Shown: piece by piece, positions 1 to 7,214 of the stretch | How positions within the stretch are numbered: position 1 is the stretch's first letter | How the letters are laid out: every line of letters starts with the position of its first letter | Source of the DNA: a virus | Lineage: Duplodnaviria; Heunggongvirae; Uroviricota; Caudoviricetes | Strand: one strand, 5' to 3' | DNA: 21,360 nt | Virus record (IMG/VR): IMGVR_UViG_2778261246_000002 | The notes under the pieces: generated by a model | What the model was told of the DNA's origin: nothing | Seen by the model: the letters and a program-made list of their open reading frames with translations, nothing else | The model's database searches: none | Program-made: the position numbers and the translations under genes

Positions 1-157
1 AAGAACGGCATTGCATAACCTTGCAGTGGCGATCGAGCATTACAATGAAAACCATCCGCATAGTGCGTTGGGTTATCGCTCTCCGCGAGAATATCGACGT
101 CAGCGGGTAATGTTAACTTAAGATACAACCCCTGTCTGGAAATAAGGGGGCAAGAAC
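1..157 (+). mobile_element. Right end of an IS2-like (IS3-family) insertion sequence: transposase 3' end plus terminal repeat
   Basis: Transposase C-terminus ends at 121. The following ~35 nt (CTGTCTGGAAATAAGGGGGCAAGAACA, ~131-157) resemble the IS2 right terminal repeat (..GTCTGGAAATATAGGGGCAAATCCA) as I recall it. Exact terminus is approximate. Confidence 0.55.
2..121 (+). CDS. IS3-family transposase OrfB (DDE/rve integrase core), C-terminal 39 codons; 5' end lies outside the window
   Basis: Frame-2 translation ..[39 protein letters not shown], stop at 119-121. The HYNExxPHSALGY(x)SP(x)EY block is the conserved C-terminal signature of rve-domain transposases. Confidence 0.7.
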   Translation, partial: RTALHNLAVAIEHYNENHPHSALGYRSPREYRRQRVMLT

Positions 158-448
158 ATTGTGATAATTTTATCAAGATTATGATGAATGCTGCAGTATA
201 TCTAACATGCTGCAGTTAACTCAATTTGTATTATCGCTAATATTTTTAATAACAAGGATGTTTATTGCTTTTTTATTTGAGAGTGAACGTCTAACCATTG
301 TTGTTCTTAGTTCTCATGGAGAGATTGGAGCTTAAAATACGCAATGTTTTGAAATCAGCGCAACTATATTCCGTAATTGTTCTTTGTCGTTCTTGCGTGG
401 CACGGTGATACACCTCTCATGTCGGTTGTTTTTTTGAACGCAGAAACA

Positions 449-476
449 TAAAACAAAGGCGACCGGGATGGTCGCC
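449..476 (-). terminator. Putative rho-independent terminator of the minus-strand RHH/SWIM operon
   Basis: Perfect 7-bp stem GGCGACC/GGTCGCC (458-464 / 470-476) with loop GGGAT; on the minus strand it is followed by TTTGTTTT. Lies ~70 nt downstream of the SWIM gene stop. Confidence 0.5.
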
Positions 477-544
477 AGTGGCATAACACTAAAATTGAGC
501 GTATTCAGAATACCAAGTGTCGGCTGGTGGACAATGGAATCAGT

Positions 545-901
545 TCAATATTTAGGTGGTTCAACAAGAGCGTTTATCATTGCTCTCAAATTATCGCGAA
601 CACTTATCCAAGTCTGTTCTGCTCGTTCTAACTCATTAGTGTACAGCTTTAATGTTTTATCTATGCCATATGTGGCTATTAAATTTATAGCTTCTTGTAA
701 CTTTTCGGGATTATTCCTTCTTGGGGGAGTGAATATACCGCGGATTTTTCCGGTAATTAAAGCTTTACGGTGTCTACATAGAATACCTTTACTTCCTGCT
801 GGACAATTACAAGTCATGATTAGCGAGCCAGAATCGTTTGATACAGTGACTATGTATACATCCAAACTACTGCTACTTGTTGCGAAGAATTCGTATTTCA
901 T
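545..901 (-). CDS. Small SWIM-type zinc-finger protein (118 aa), function unknown
   Basis: ATG start preceded by AAGGAG at about -8. Contains CNCPAGSKGILCRHRKAL, which fits the CxCx(n)CxH SWIM zinc-finger pattern. Lies 27 nt downstream of the RHH gene on the same strand. Confidence 0.6.
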   Translation of the reverse strand: MKYEFFATSSSSLDVYIVTVSNDSGSLIMTCNCPAGSKGILCRHRKALITGKIRGIFTPPRRNNPEKLQEAINLIATYGIDKTLKLYTNELERAEQTWISVRDNLRAMINALVEPPKY

Positions 902-928
902 GTGTTAGCTCCTTGACTTCAATTATTC

Positions 929-1123
929 TTATCCTTTTGGTTCAATACCGCGCCGTAGCAGCTCTTTGCGCCCTAACTCTTTAAGCCAGTTGGCAAGGCT
1001 TACCCCATCGTTACTGGCTTCGTTATCAAACTGCTCCTTCAATTCAGGAACTATGCGCATATGGAACGGTGGGGCCTTTCCTGTGCCTTTTTGTTTTTTA
1101 TCGCGCTTAATAACCGTTGACAT
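929..1123 (-). CDS. Arc/Mnt-family ribbon-helix-helix DNA-binding protein (64 aa), probable repressor
   Basis: PFHMRIVPELKEQFDNEASNDGVSLANWLKEL matches the Arc/Mnt beta-strand plus helix pattern (compare Mnt PHFNFRMPMEVREKLKFRAEANGRSMNSELLQIV). Its start codon abuts the palindromic operator. Confidence 0.65.
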   Translation of the reverse strand: MSTVIKRDKKQKGTGKAPPFHMRIVPELKEQFDNEASNDGVSLANWLKELGRKELLRRGIEPKG

Positions 1124-1168
1124 GTGTACACCTATAGCGTTATGTTTTTATTCGATAGGTGTACACCT
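1117..1168. promoter_or_regulatory. Divergent promoter/operator: sigma70-like rightward promoter overlapped by two palindromic operator sites
   Basis: TTGACA (1117-1122), 17-nt spacer, TTATGT (1140-1145) on the plus strand. Operator sites ATGTGTACACCT (1122-1133, one mismatch from palindrome) and AGGTGTACACCT (1157-1168, perfect 12-bp palindrome) form inverted arms 1124-1135 / 1155-1166. Confidence 0.5.
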
Positions 1169-1458
1169 TAACATGTGTGCATTTAAAAACGCAACGCCCC
1201 GCAGTGCGGGAACACATGCAGGGCGTCTAACCACCAACGATAGCAACAGTATCGAGGTAGCTATGAGAAATCATACCACACACCCGCAAGGGCGGGACTC
1301 GCACAACCTGAATAAATTCACTTGGCGCTTTATCGCCCTGAGTGCGGCTAAACCGCGCATGCTTACCATCGTGGTCACCAGCGAGCAGGAAGACCGCCAG
1401 CAATCCCCAACTGGCTGCGTGATGATATTCGCCGCCCGTATTCGTCAGGAGGTGTGCC

Positions 1459-1683
1459 ATGAATGATCTTTATTTTAAAGTGCTGACACATGCTGAAAAC
1501 GCGCTCGTTTGTGGCAAAAATATGCGAGAAATCTTATCAACCTGGCTTGATGGGACAACAAATGCGGAACACGATGAACGGGATGCTAATTTAGCTGGAG
1601 CGTTAATTACGTTACTTGATCCTGTCATCAAAGAGCTGGATGAAGCTATAAAAATACACGACCAGAGCTATACCGGAGAATAA
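1459..1683 (+). CDS. Hypothetical acidic protein (74 aa), first clearly supported gene of the rightward operon
   Basis: AGGAGG 8 nt upstream of the ATG; 3 nt from the next ORF. No family recognised. Confidence 0.55.
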   Translation: MNDLYFKVLTHAENALVCGKNMREILSTWLDGTTNAEHDERDANLAGALITLLDPVIKELDEAIKIHDQSYTGE

Positions 1684-1686
1684 AAA

Positions 1687-1974
1687 ATGAAAAATAAATT
1701 TTCTGGCTTTATTGCCAGCGGTCAAACTCATTCAAAAATCAGCCTTGGGGATATTTTCAAAGACAGCTATGGCTATCGGGTAAAGATTATTTCGGTTGAT
1801 GATCGTCGTGTCTCTTATTTGCGTGATGGTTATGATTTTGAATGTGTTATGCCGCGTCAGCAGTTCGAAAGAGATTTCATTCTGGTAAAAAATTGCAAGA
1901 CAGATAATCAGAGGCGTGCCGCAGGCTATATCCGTAAAATTCGGGCAATGTTAGTTGCCGGAGGTAACAAATGA
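1687..1974 (+). CDS. Hypothetical protein (95 aa)
   Basis: GGAGA 7 nt upstream of the ATG; stop overlaps the primase start (ATGA). No family recognised. Confidence 0.55.
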   Translation: MKNKFSGFIASGQTHSKISLGDIFKDSYGYRVKIISVDDRRVSYLRDGYDFECVMPRQQFERDFILVKNCKTDNQRRAAGYIRKIRAMLVAGGNK

Positions 1975-3791
1975 AACGTGCTCCGAACTTAAAATACCAA
2001 CCGCGCGACAAAATGACGGAAGTCATCATTTTTGCTGGCAGTGATGCCTGGAGCCATGCAAAAGAATGGAATGAATGGGCAGGTAAGCATATTGCAGCAG
2101 ATGATACACCACCAGTCATTCTGGGTACGGAACAACTGGAAAACCTGGATGATATGCAAATTATCGATGAAGGCCGTCATTATGTGCGTGTTTATCGTGC
2201 CGGAAAGATTGCAGAGAAAAGTCTGACGAAGGTTGCGACATTACTTGCTATTGCAGGCGTAAAGGAAGCACGTTGTTACCGTAGCTTTGTTGATCGAGAG
2301 CCTGAAGACTGGACTCCGCGCCTTGTCGGCCTAAAAGCTGAAGCGGAGCATGGGGAAAGTCTGGTGATTGAACTGCCAGTGAAGAAGGCAGAGCGCAAAA
2401 ATGACGAGCGTGCTTCATCTTTGGCGTTGAATCAGATGGGGGCCAGCCAGCGCGGTGAAGTTCTCCTTGCACATTACGGCGGCGAACTGGCAATCAATGC
2501 CGACTCTGACACCGTTCATCATTACAACGGCGTTGTATGGGAGCCGGTTCAGGATAAAGAGTTACAGCGTGCTATGGCGCAGATTTTCATTGATGCGGAG
2601 ATCAGCTATTCGCAGAACGCTATTAAATCGGCGGTAGATACCATGAAGTTAAGTTTGCCTGTAATGGGGAATACAGCCCGTAACCTGATTGGATTCAGTA
2701 ACGGGGTATTTGATACCAGAACTGGTAATTTTCGGGAGCATAACAAAAACGACTGGTTGTTAATTGCCAGTGAATTACCTTTCAGCCCACCAGCAGAGGG
2801 GGAAACGCTGGCAACACATGCGCCGAATTTCTGGAAGTGGTTGCGCCGTTCGGTGGCTGAGAATGACCGCAAGGCAGATCGCGTACTGGCGGCATTATTC
2901 ATGGTGCTGGCGAACCGGTACGACTGGCAGTTATTCATTGAGGTAACAGGGCCGGGGGGAAGTGGTAAAAGTGTGATGGCGGAGATTTGCACCATGCTGG
3001 CGGGTAAGGCTAATACAGTATCAGCAAGCATGAAGGCGCTGGAAGATGCAAGGGAACGTGCGTTAGTGGTTGGCTTTTCGCTGATTATCATGCCGGATAT
3101 GACCCGCTACGCTGGTGATGGGGCAGGGATTAAGGCCATTACAGGCGGTGACAAGGTGGCAATTGACCCGAAACACAAAGCCCCCTATTCAACGCGTATT
3201 CCGGCAGTAGTGCTGGCGGTTAACAATAACGCCATGTCATTCAGTGACCGCAGCGGGGGGATCTCACGTCGTCGGGTGATATTCAATTTTTCGGAAGTTG
3301 TACCGGAGAACGAACGCGATTCGATGCTGGCGGAAAAAATAGAAGGTGAGCTGGCGGTAGTGATTCGCCATCTGCTTACACGGTTTGCTGATCAGGACGA
3401 AGCCAGACGCCTGTTATATGAGCAGCAGAAATCTGAAGAAGCACTGGCGATAAAGCGAGAGGGGGATTCGCTGGTGGACTTCTGCGGCTATCTCATGGCA
3501 TCGGTAATGTGTGATGGCCTGTTAGTGGGTAATGCTGAAATTGTGCCATTCAGCCCACGCAGGTATCTCTATCATGCCTATCTGGCTTATATGAGGGCAC
3601 ATGGGTTTGGTAAACCTGTAACACTGACGCGCTTCGGTAAAGATATGCCGGGGGCAATGGCGGAATATGGCAGGGAGTATATGAAACGGAAAACGAAGCA
3701 CGGTTTGCGTTCAAACGTGACACTGACGGAGGAATCAGAAGACTGGATGCCATCATGTGTATCGGTCACTAATGACGATAGCAAAAATTAA
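1971..3791 (+). CDS. P4-family phage/plasmid primase-helicase (alpha-like replication protein, 606 aa)
   Basis: GGAGG RBS and ATGA coupling to the upstream ORF. Walker A motif TGPGGSGKS in a D5/P4-alpha-like NTPase region. A long C-terminal region is followed directly by P4-type TGTTCACC iterons. Confidence 0.8.
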   Translation: MKRAPNLKYQPRDKMTEVIIFAGSDAWSHAKEWNEWAGKHIAADDTPPVILGTEQLENLDDMQIIDEGRHYVRVYRAGKIAEKSLTKVATLLAIAGVKEARCYRSFVDREPEDWTPRLVGLKAEAEHGESLVIELPVKKAERKNDERASSLALNQMGASQRGEVLLAHYGGELAINADSDTVHHYNGVVWEPVQDKELQRAMAQIFIDAEISYSQNAIKSAVDTMKLSLPVMGNTARNLIGFSNGVFDTRTGNFREHNKNDWLLIASELPFSPPAEGETLATHAPNFWKWLRRSVAENDRKADRVLAALFMVLANRYDWQLFIEVTGPGGSGKSVMAEICTMLAGKANTVSASMKALEDARERALVVGFSLIIMPDMTRYAGDGAGIKAITGGDKVAIDPKHKAPYSTRIPAVVLAVNNNAMSFSDRSGGISRRRVIFNFSEVVPENERDSMLAEKIEGELAVVIRHLLTRFADQDEARRLLYEQQKSEEALAIKREGDSLVDFCGYLMASVMCDGLLVGNAEIVPFSPRRYLYHAYLAYMRAHGFGKPVTLTRFGKDMPGAMAEYGREYMKRKTKHGLRSNVTLTEESEDWMPSCVSVTNDDSKN

Positions 3792-3804
3792 ACTTATGGA
3801 ATAA

Positions 3805-4027
3805 CTGTTCACCACTGTTCACCCTGTCATAAATATCTTTTATATCAGTATATTATAGGGTGAACAGTTATTTATGAACTGTTCACCAAACTATTCACTG
3901 TTCACCTTTTTGATTGTTTATTGAGCTTCAAGGGTGAACAGTGGTGAACAGTTGGTGAATAGTTTTTGTGAAACTGTTCACCCATTAACATTATGAATTA
4001 AAAGAGAAAATATCAAAAGGTGAACAG
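3805..4027. repeat. Iteron cluster, probable satellite origin of replication (P4 ori-type TGTTCACC repeats)
   Basis: At least 9 copies of CTGTTCACC / GGTGAACAG in both orientations (3805-3813, 3815-3823, 3859-3867, 3879-3887, 3898-3906, 3933-3941, 3943-3951, 3974-3982, 4019-4027), plus degenerate copies, in AT-rich non-coding DNA just after the primase gene. Confidence 0.8.
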
Positions 4028-4078
4028 GTGAAGGGTTAAAACGCAAAAATTTTAATTTACTGCTGTGAGATAAAGCCT

Positions 4079-4324
4079 ATGACAGCGAAGCACACAAAAA
4101 AATCACAATCGCACGCCCTTGATTTGACGGAACACTGGTTAAGGGTGTCGATAAAAATCATCGACCGCAACGCCGGGGAAGGATACGCGAAAGCACATCC
4201 CGAACTGATTAGCGCATTCATGACAACGGCGGCTGCAAACTTTGCCACTCTGACCGAACGGGAGATTGCTGAAGCGGAGGAAGTGACAACAATCAATATT
4301 AAGTCCGGAGAGCAGGCAGCATGA
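4079..4324 (+). CDS. Hypothetical protein (81 aa), translationally coupled to ssb
   Basis: Stop overlaps the ssb start (ATGA at 4321-4324). Weak RBS, no family recognised. Confidence 0.4.
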   Translation: MTAKHTKKSQSHALDLTEHWLRVSIKIIDRNAGEGYAKAHPELISAFMTTAAANFATLTEREIAEAEEVTTINIKSGEQAA

Positions 4325-4770
4325 CGGCGCAAATATCAGTTTACGGGCGGTTGGTGGACGACCCGCAGACAAAACAGACCAGCAAGGGCACCCCCATGAC
4401 GCTGGCGCGTATGGCGGTATCACTGCCCTGCAGTCAGTCGGATGACGGTCAGGCGACGATGTGGTTATCTGTCCTGGCGTTTGGCAGACAAGCCGACGCG
4501 CTGGCAAAGCATCACAAAGGCGAACTCCTGAGCGTGGCGGGTAATATGCAGGTGAGCCAGTGGACTGGACAGAACGGTGAAACGCGGCAGGGCTGGCAGG
4601 TTATCGCAGACAGCGTAATCAGTGCGCGAACGGTGCGACCGGGCGGCAAAAAAGGTCAACAGGGTCAGGCTACTGACGCACTGAACAGAGCAAAACAACA
4701 GGCAGATCAGCAAGGAAGCCATCCACCAGTGGGAGATAATGAACAATGGGGAGATGATATTCCGTTTTAA
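4321..4770 (+). CDS. ssb: Single-stranded DNA-binding protein (149 aa)
   Basis: OB-fold SSB-like N-terminus (MTAQISVYGRLVDDPQ..), Gly/Gln-rich linker and the SSB acidic tail ending DDIPF. Confidence 0.85.
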   Translation: MTAQISVYGRLVDDPQTKQTSKGTPMTLARMAVSLPCSQSDDGQATMWLSVLAFGRQADALAKHHKGELLSVAGNMQVSQWTGQNGETRQGWQVIADSVISARTVRPGGKKGQQGQATDALNRAKQQADQQGSHPPVGDNEQWGDDIPF

Positions 4771-4787
4771 ATATTGCCAATAAAAAA

Positions 4788-4813
4788 GGCCGGAAAAAAA
4801 TAAATTTTCCGGC
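4788..4813. terminator. Hairpin between ssb and the capsid-like gene, possible terminator or module boundary
   Basis: GCCGGAAAA / TTTTCCGGC 9-bp stem with a 7-nt loop. No U-tract on the plus side; TTTTTTATT follows it on the minus strand. Confidence 0.3.
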
Positions 4814-4987
4814 ATGCTACATAAATCCCGACCAAAGGGAGTGAAGATATTAACACTAATTATCCGCGCTGAAGTTGTTATCCCAAAACTTTATACAACA
4901 TTGCACTCGGTTGCATGTATTCGCATGACAAATATCGGTGATAGCATATATCCACAATTATTTTTAATGAATGCAAAGAGGATGCGT

Positions 4988-6028
4988 ATGGTTGATTTAT
5001 ATTCGCCTACCCAGCTTGTACAGGTGGTTAATGCTGTAGATGTACAAAAACAACTAAATGCGTTGTTTACCAGTTTGTTTTTTACTCGCTCGGTAATGTT
5101 TGAATCGCGCGATATTATTCTTGATACAATCGACGATCCAAATATCCCAATTGCAGCGTTTTGTTCTCCTATGGTGGGTAGTAAAGTTTCACGTGACGAA
5201 GGGTACGAATCAAAAACAATTCGTCCAGGCTATATGAAGCCGAAAAGCAGCATTGATCCAAATAAGTTAGCTGTGCGCCCTGCTGGTGTATCACCTGAGC
5301 AATACAATGCTTTTGGAGCGCGTAATATTAAAGTTAAACAGGCGATTGTAAATCAGGCTAAAGCTATTCGTGCACGTATTGAATGGCTTGCCGTTCAGGC
5401 AATCACAACGGGGAAAAATATCATTGAGGGCGATGGTATTGAACGTTATGAGCTGGACTGGAATATTAAACCACAAAATATCATCACTCAGTCTGGCGGT
5501 GCTGAGTGGTCAGGTAAGGATAAAGAAACTTTTGATCCAAATGATGATATTGAGAGCTACGCAGAATTTAGTGAGGGCGTCACTAATATCATCATTATGG
5601 GCGGTAATGTATGGAAGAAATACCGTTCATTCAGAGCGATAAAAGAGGCTCTGGATACCCGTCGTGGTTCTAATTCCGAACTGGAAACGGCTCTTAAAGA
5701 CCTTGGTGATTCGGTGAGTTTTAAAGGGTATATGGGCGATGTTGCGATTGTTGTATACAGCGGGCGTTATACCGACGAGGACGGAACTGAAAAACATTTC
5801 CTTGATCCTGATTTGATGGTGCTTGGCAATACGGCTCTTCAGGGGATTGTCGCCTATGGCGGTATTCAGGATCCGGAGCTAATCCGAATGGGGCTGACTA
5901 AAGCCGAACTTGCACCGAAAAACTATATTGTGCCTGGTGATCCGGCTATTGAATATGTGCAGACACATTCAGCACCACAGCCAATACCGGCCCGCATCAA
6001 TCGTTTTGTTACCGTTCGCATTGGCTAA
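4988..6028 (+). CDS. Diverged lambda-gpE-like major capsid protein (HK97-fold MCP paralog, ~346 aa)
   Basis: Aligns along its length with lambda E (roughly 45-50% identity by eye), including an identical LDTRRGSNSELETA block and ITQSGGxEWSxxDKxTxDPxDDIE. I place the start at ATG 4988 (AAGAGGA RBS 5 nt upstream) rather than the ORF-track start at 4814, because MVDLYSPTQL aligns with the lambda E N-terminus. Confidence 0.8.
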   Translation: MVDLYSPTQLVQVVNAVDVQKQLNALFTSLFFTRSVMFESRDIILDTIDDPNIPIAAFCSPMVGSKVSRDEGYESKTIRPGYMKPKSSIDPNKLAVRPAGVSPEQYNAFGARNIKVKQAIVNQAKAIRARIEWLAVQAITTGKNIIEGDGIERYELDWNIKPQNIITQSGGAEWSGKDKETFDPNDDIESYAEFSEGVTNIIIMGGNVWKKYRSFRAIKEALDTRRGSNSELETALKDLGDSVSFKGYMGDVAIVVYSGRYTDEDGTEKHFLDPDLMVLGNTALQGIVAYGGIQDPELIRMGLTKAELAPKNYIVPGDPAIEYVQTHSAPQPIPARINRFVTVRIG

Positions 6029-6037
6029 GGGGGAGCA

Positions 6038-6379
6038 ATGGCTACTCATTACACTGAACTCATGGCTGGCACTGAAGCACTGGTGACTACGCTGGGGATA
6101 TTTTCAGCTAATAAAGGGGTAATTCCTGCATTTACGCCACTGATGCAGGAAGATGCAACAGGTGCACTGGTGGTATGGGATGGTTCGAGCGTAGGTAAAG
6201 CGGTTTATGTTTCCGCTGTACAAATCGACACCGCGAAAAAAACACAGGCTCAGGTCTATAAGACAGGTGTCTTAAATGTTGATGCTCTGAACTGGCCTGA
6301 GTCTGTAAAAGAACTGTCAGTAAAGATTGCAGCGTTTGTTGGCTCAGGTATTTCTGTTCAGCCGCTGGCTCGTGTGTAA
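6038..6379 (+). CDS. Lambda-gpD-like head decoration protein (113 aa)
   Basis: PAFTPLMQEDATGALVVWDGSSVGKAV..AAFVGSGISVQ aligns with lambda gpD [46 protein letters not shown] RBS; starts 10 nt after the capsid-like gene. Confidence 0.75.
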   Translation: MATHYTELMAGTEALVTTLGIFSANKGVIPAFTPLMQEDATGALVVWDGSSVGKAVYVSAVQIDTAKKTQAQVYKTGVLNVDALNWPESVKELSVKIAAFVGSGISVQPLARV

Positions 6380-6390
6380 AGGGGGATACA

Positions 6391-6774
6391 ATGCAGAATG
6401 ATTACAATGACCTTAAGCCAATTGCCGAAATGATGTACCCGAATCCAGCTGTAGAGGAATTAAAAGCTATCGCTGACAAAATGTGTTTAAGCGAGCGCCT
6501 TGTTGATATGAATCAGGTGATGGAAATTACAACCCTGAGTCGGCGTACACTGCTAAACCTTGAGGCTAGTGGAGAGTTCCCGGAGCGTGTGCAGGTTACG
6601 GAAGGGCGTAAGGCCTGGTATTTAAGTGAAGTGATCGACTGGATAAATAATATTCCTCGCGCTTCTGAATATTGCCGCGTACCTGTCCCAAAAAAGCCAG
6701 ATGCGGCGCTATGCCTCAAGATTGAGCGTGTACGCCGCAATGCACGGGATGGTCGCTATAAGCTGATTGGTTGA
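6391..6774 (+). CDS. AlpA/MerR-like winged-HTH DNA-binding protein (127 aa)
   Basis: MNQVMEITTLSRRTLLNLEASGEFPERVQVTEGRKAWYLSEVIDWIN fits the AlpA/excisionase wHTH pattern, a fold also used by Nu1-type small terminases. Same [8 protein letters not shown]-type RBS as the D-like gene. Ends 20-25 nt before the cos-like segment. Confidence 0.55.
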   Translation: MQNDYNDLKPIAEMMYPNPAVEELKAIADKMCLSERLVDMNQVMEITTLSRRTLLNLEASGEFPERVQVTEGRKAWYLSEVIDWINNIPRASEYCRVPVPKKPDAALCLKIERVRRNARDGRYKLIG

Positions 6775-6794
6775 TGAAATTAGGGCCCGCTCTG

Positions 6795-7019
6795 GCTGGC
6801 GGGTCCTTTCCGGCGATCTGACAGGCTACGGGGCGTCAGGCGCGCAGTTTTTCTCTATTTATGGAAATTTTCCGGTTTAAGGCATTTCCGTTCTTCTTCG
6901 CCGTAACTTTATGTTTTTATTTAAAATACCCCCTGAAAAGAAAGGAAATGACAGGCGCTGAAAACGGGCATTTTGGCCTCTGTCGTTTCCTTTCTCTGTT
7001 TTTGTCCGTGGAATGAACA
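6795..7019 (+). promoter_or_regulatory. Lambda-type cos site (cosQ - cosN - cosB with R3/R2/R1 elements)
   Basis: 6799-6830 matches the lambda right end (GCGGGTCCTTTCCGGCGATCTGACAGGCTACG vs ACGGGTCCTTTCCGGTGATCCGACAGGTTACG). 6831 onward matches the lambda left end through the Nu1 start. The 12-mer at the cosN position is GGGCGTCAGGCG versus lambda GGGCGGCGACCT. R-like elements: CATTTCCGTTCTTC (~6883), inverted AAAGAAAGGAAATGACAGG (~6938), CTGTCGTTTCCTTTCTCTG (~6975). Confidence 0.7.
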
Positions 7020-7214
7020 ATGGAAGTCAACAAAGATCAGCTGGCTGACATTTTGGGCAAGAGTTGTGCAATACTTTTGTCAGACGTAAATATTTTTGAG
7101 GAACATTATTATATTTATGTAATTAGAGATATGTTTGATAGGACTAGAAATAAAGCAGACGCCTTAGTTATGTCAATTGCTGAAATAATAAAGGAAAATA
7201 GCAATGATAAATAG
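7020..7214 (+). pseudogene. Truncated Nu1-type small terminase gene: first ~13 codons fused to unrelated AT-rich sequence
   Basis: MEVNKDQLADILG matches the lambda Nu1 N-terminus MEVNKKQLADIFG. Similarity to lambda ends near 7062, after which the ORF runs through AT-rich DNA to a stop at 7212-7214. Confidence 0.6.

Noticed and set aside
120-460. Search for an attachment site or tRNA next to the IS end
   Set aside because: No tRNA-like structure or recognisable att core found by eye; the region is plain AT-rich non-coding DNA.
468-908. 146-aa plus-strand ORF
   Set aside because: Overlaps the minus-strand SWIM gene, which has a strong RBS and a recognisable motif; the plus-strand product has no recognisable features.
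966-1466. 166-aa plus-strand ORF spanning the RHH gene, operator and leader
   Set aside because: Runs antisense through the RHH gene and across the operator palindromes. Only a possible 3' sub-ORF from 1263 is mentioned as weak.
2606-3091. 161-aa minus-strand ORF and other short ORFs inside the primase gene
   Set aside because: Embedded in or antisense to the primase frame, which has a Walker A motif and proper translation signals.
3805-4027. Possibility that the clustered 9-mer repeats are a CRISPR array
   Set aside because: Repeats are only 8-9 bp, occur in both orientations with irregular spacing and no uniform spacers; the pattern fits replication-origin iterons.
4814-4987. N-terminal extension of the capsid-like ORF from 4814
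   Set aside because: The extension has no similarity to lambda E, and the Met at 4988 has a good RBS and aligns with the gpE N-terminus.
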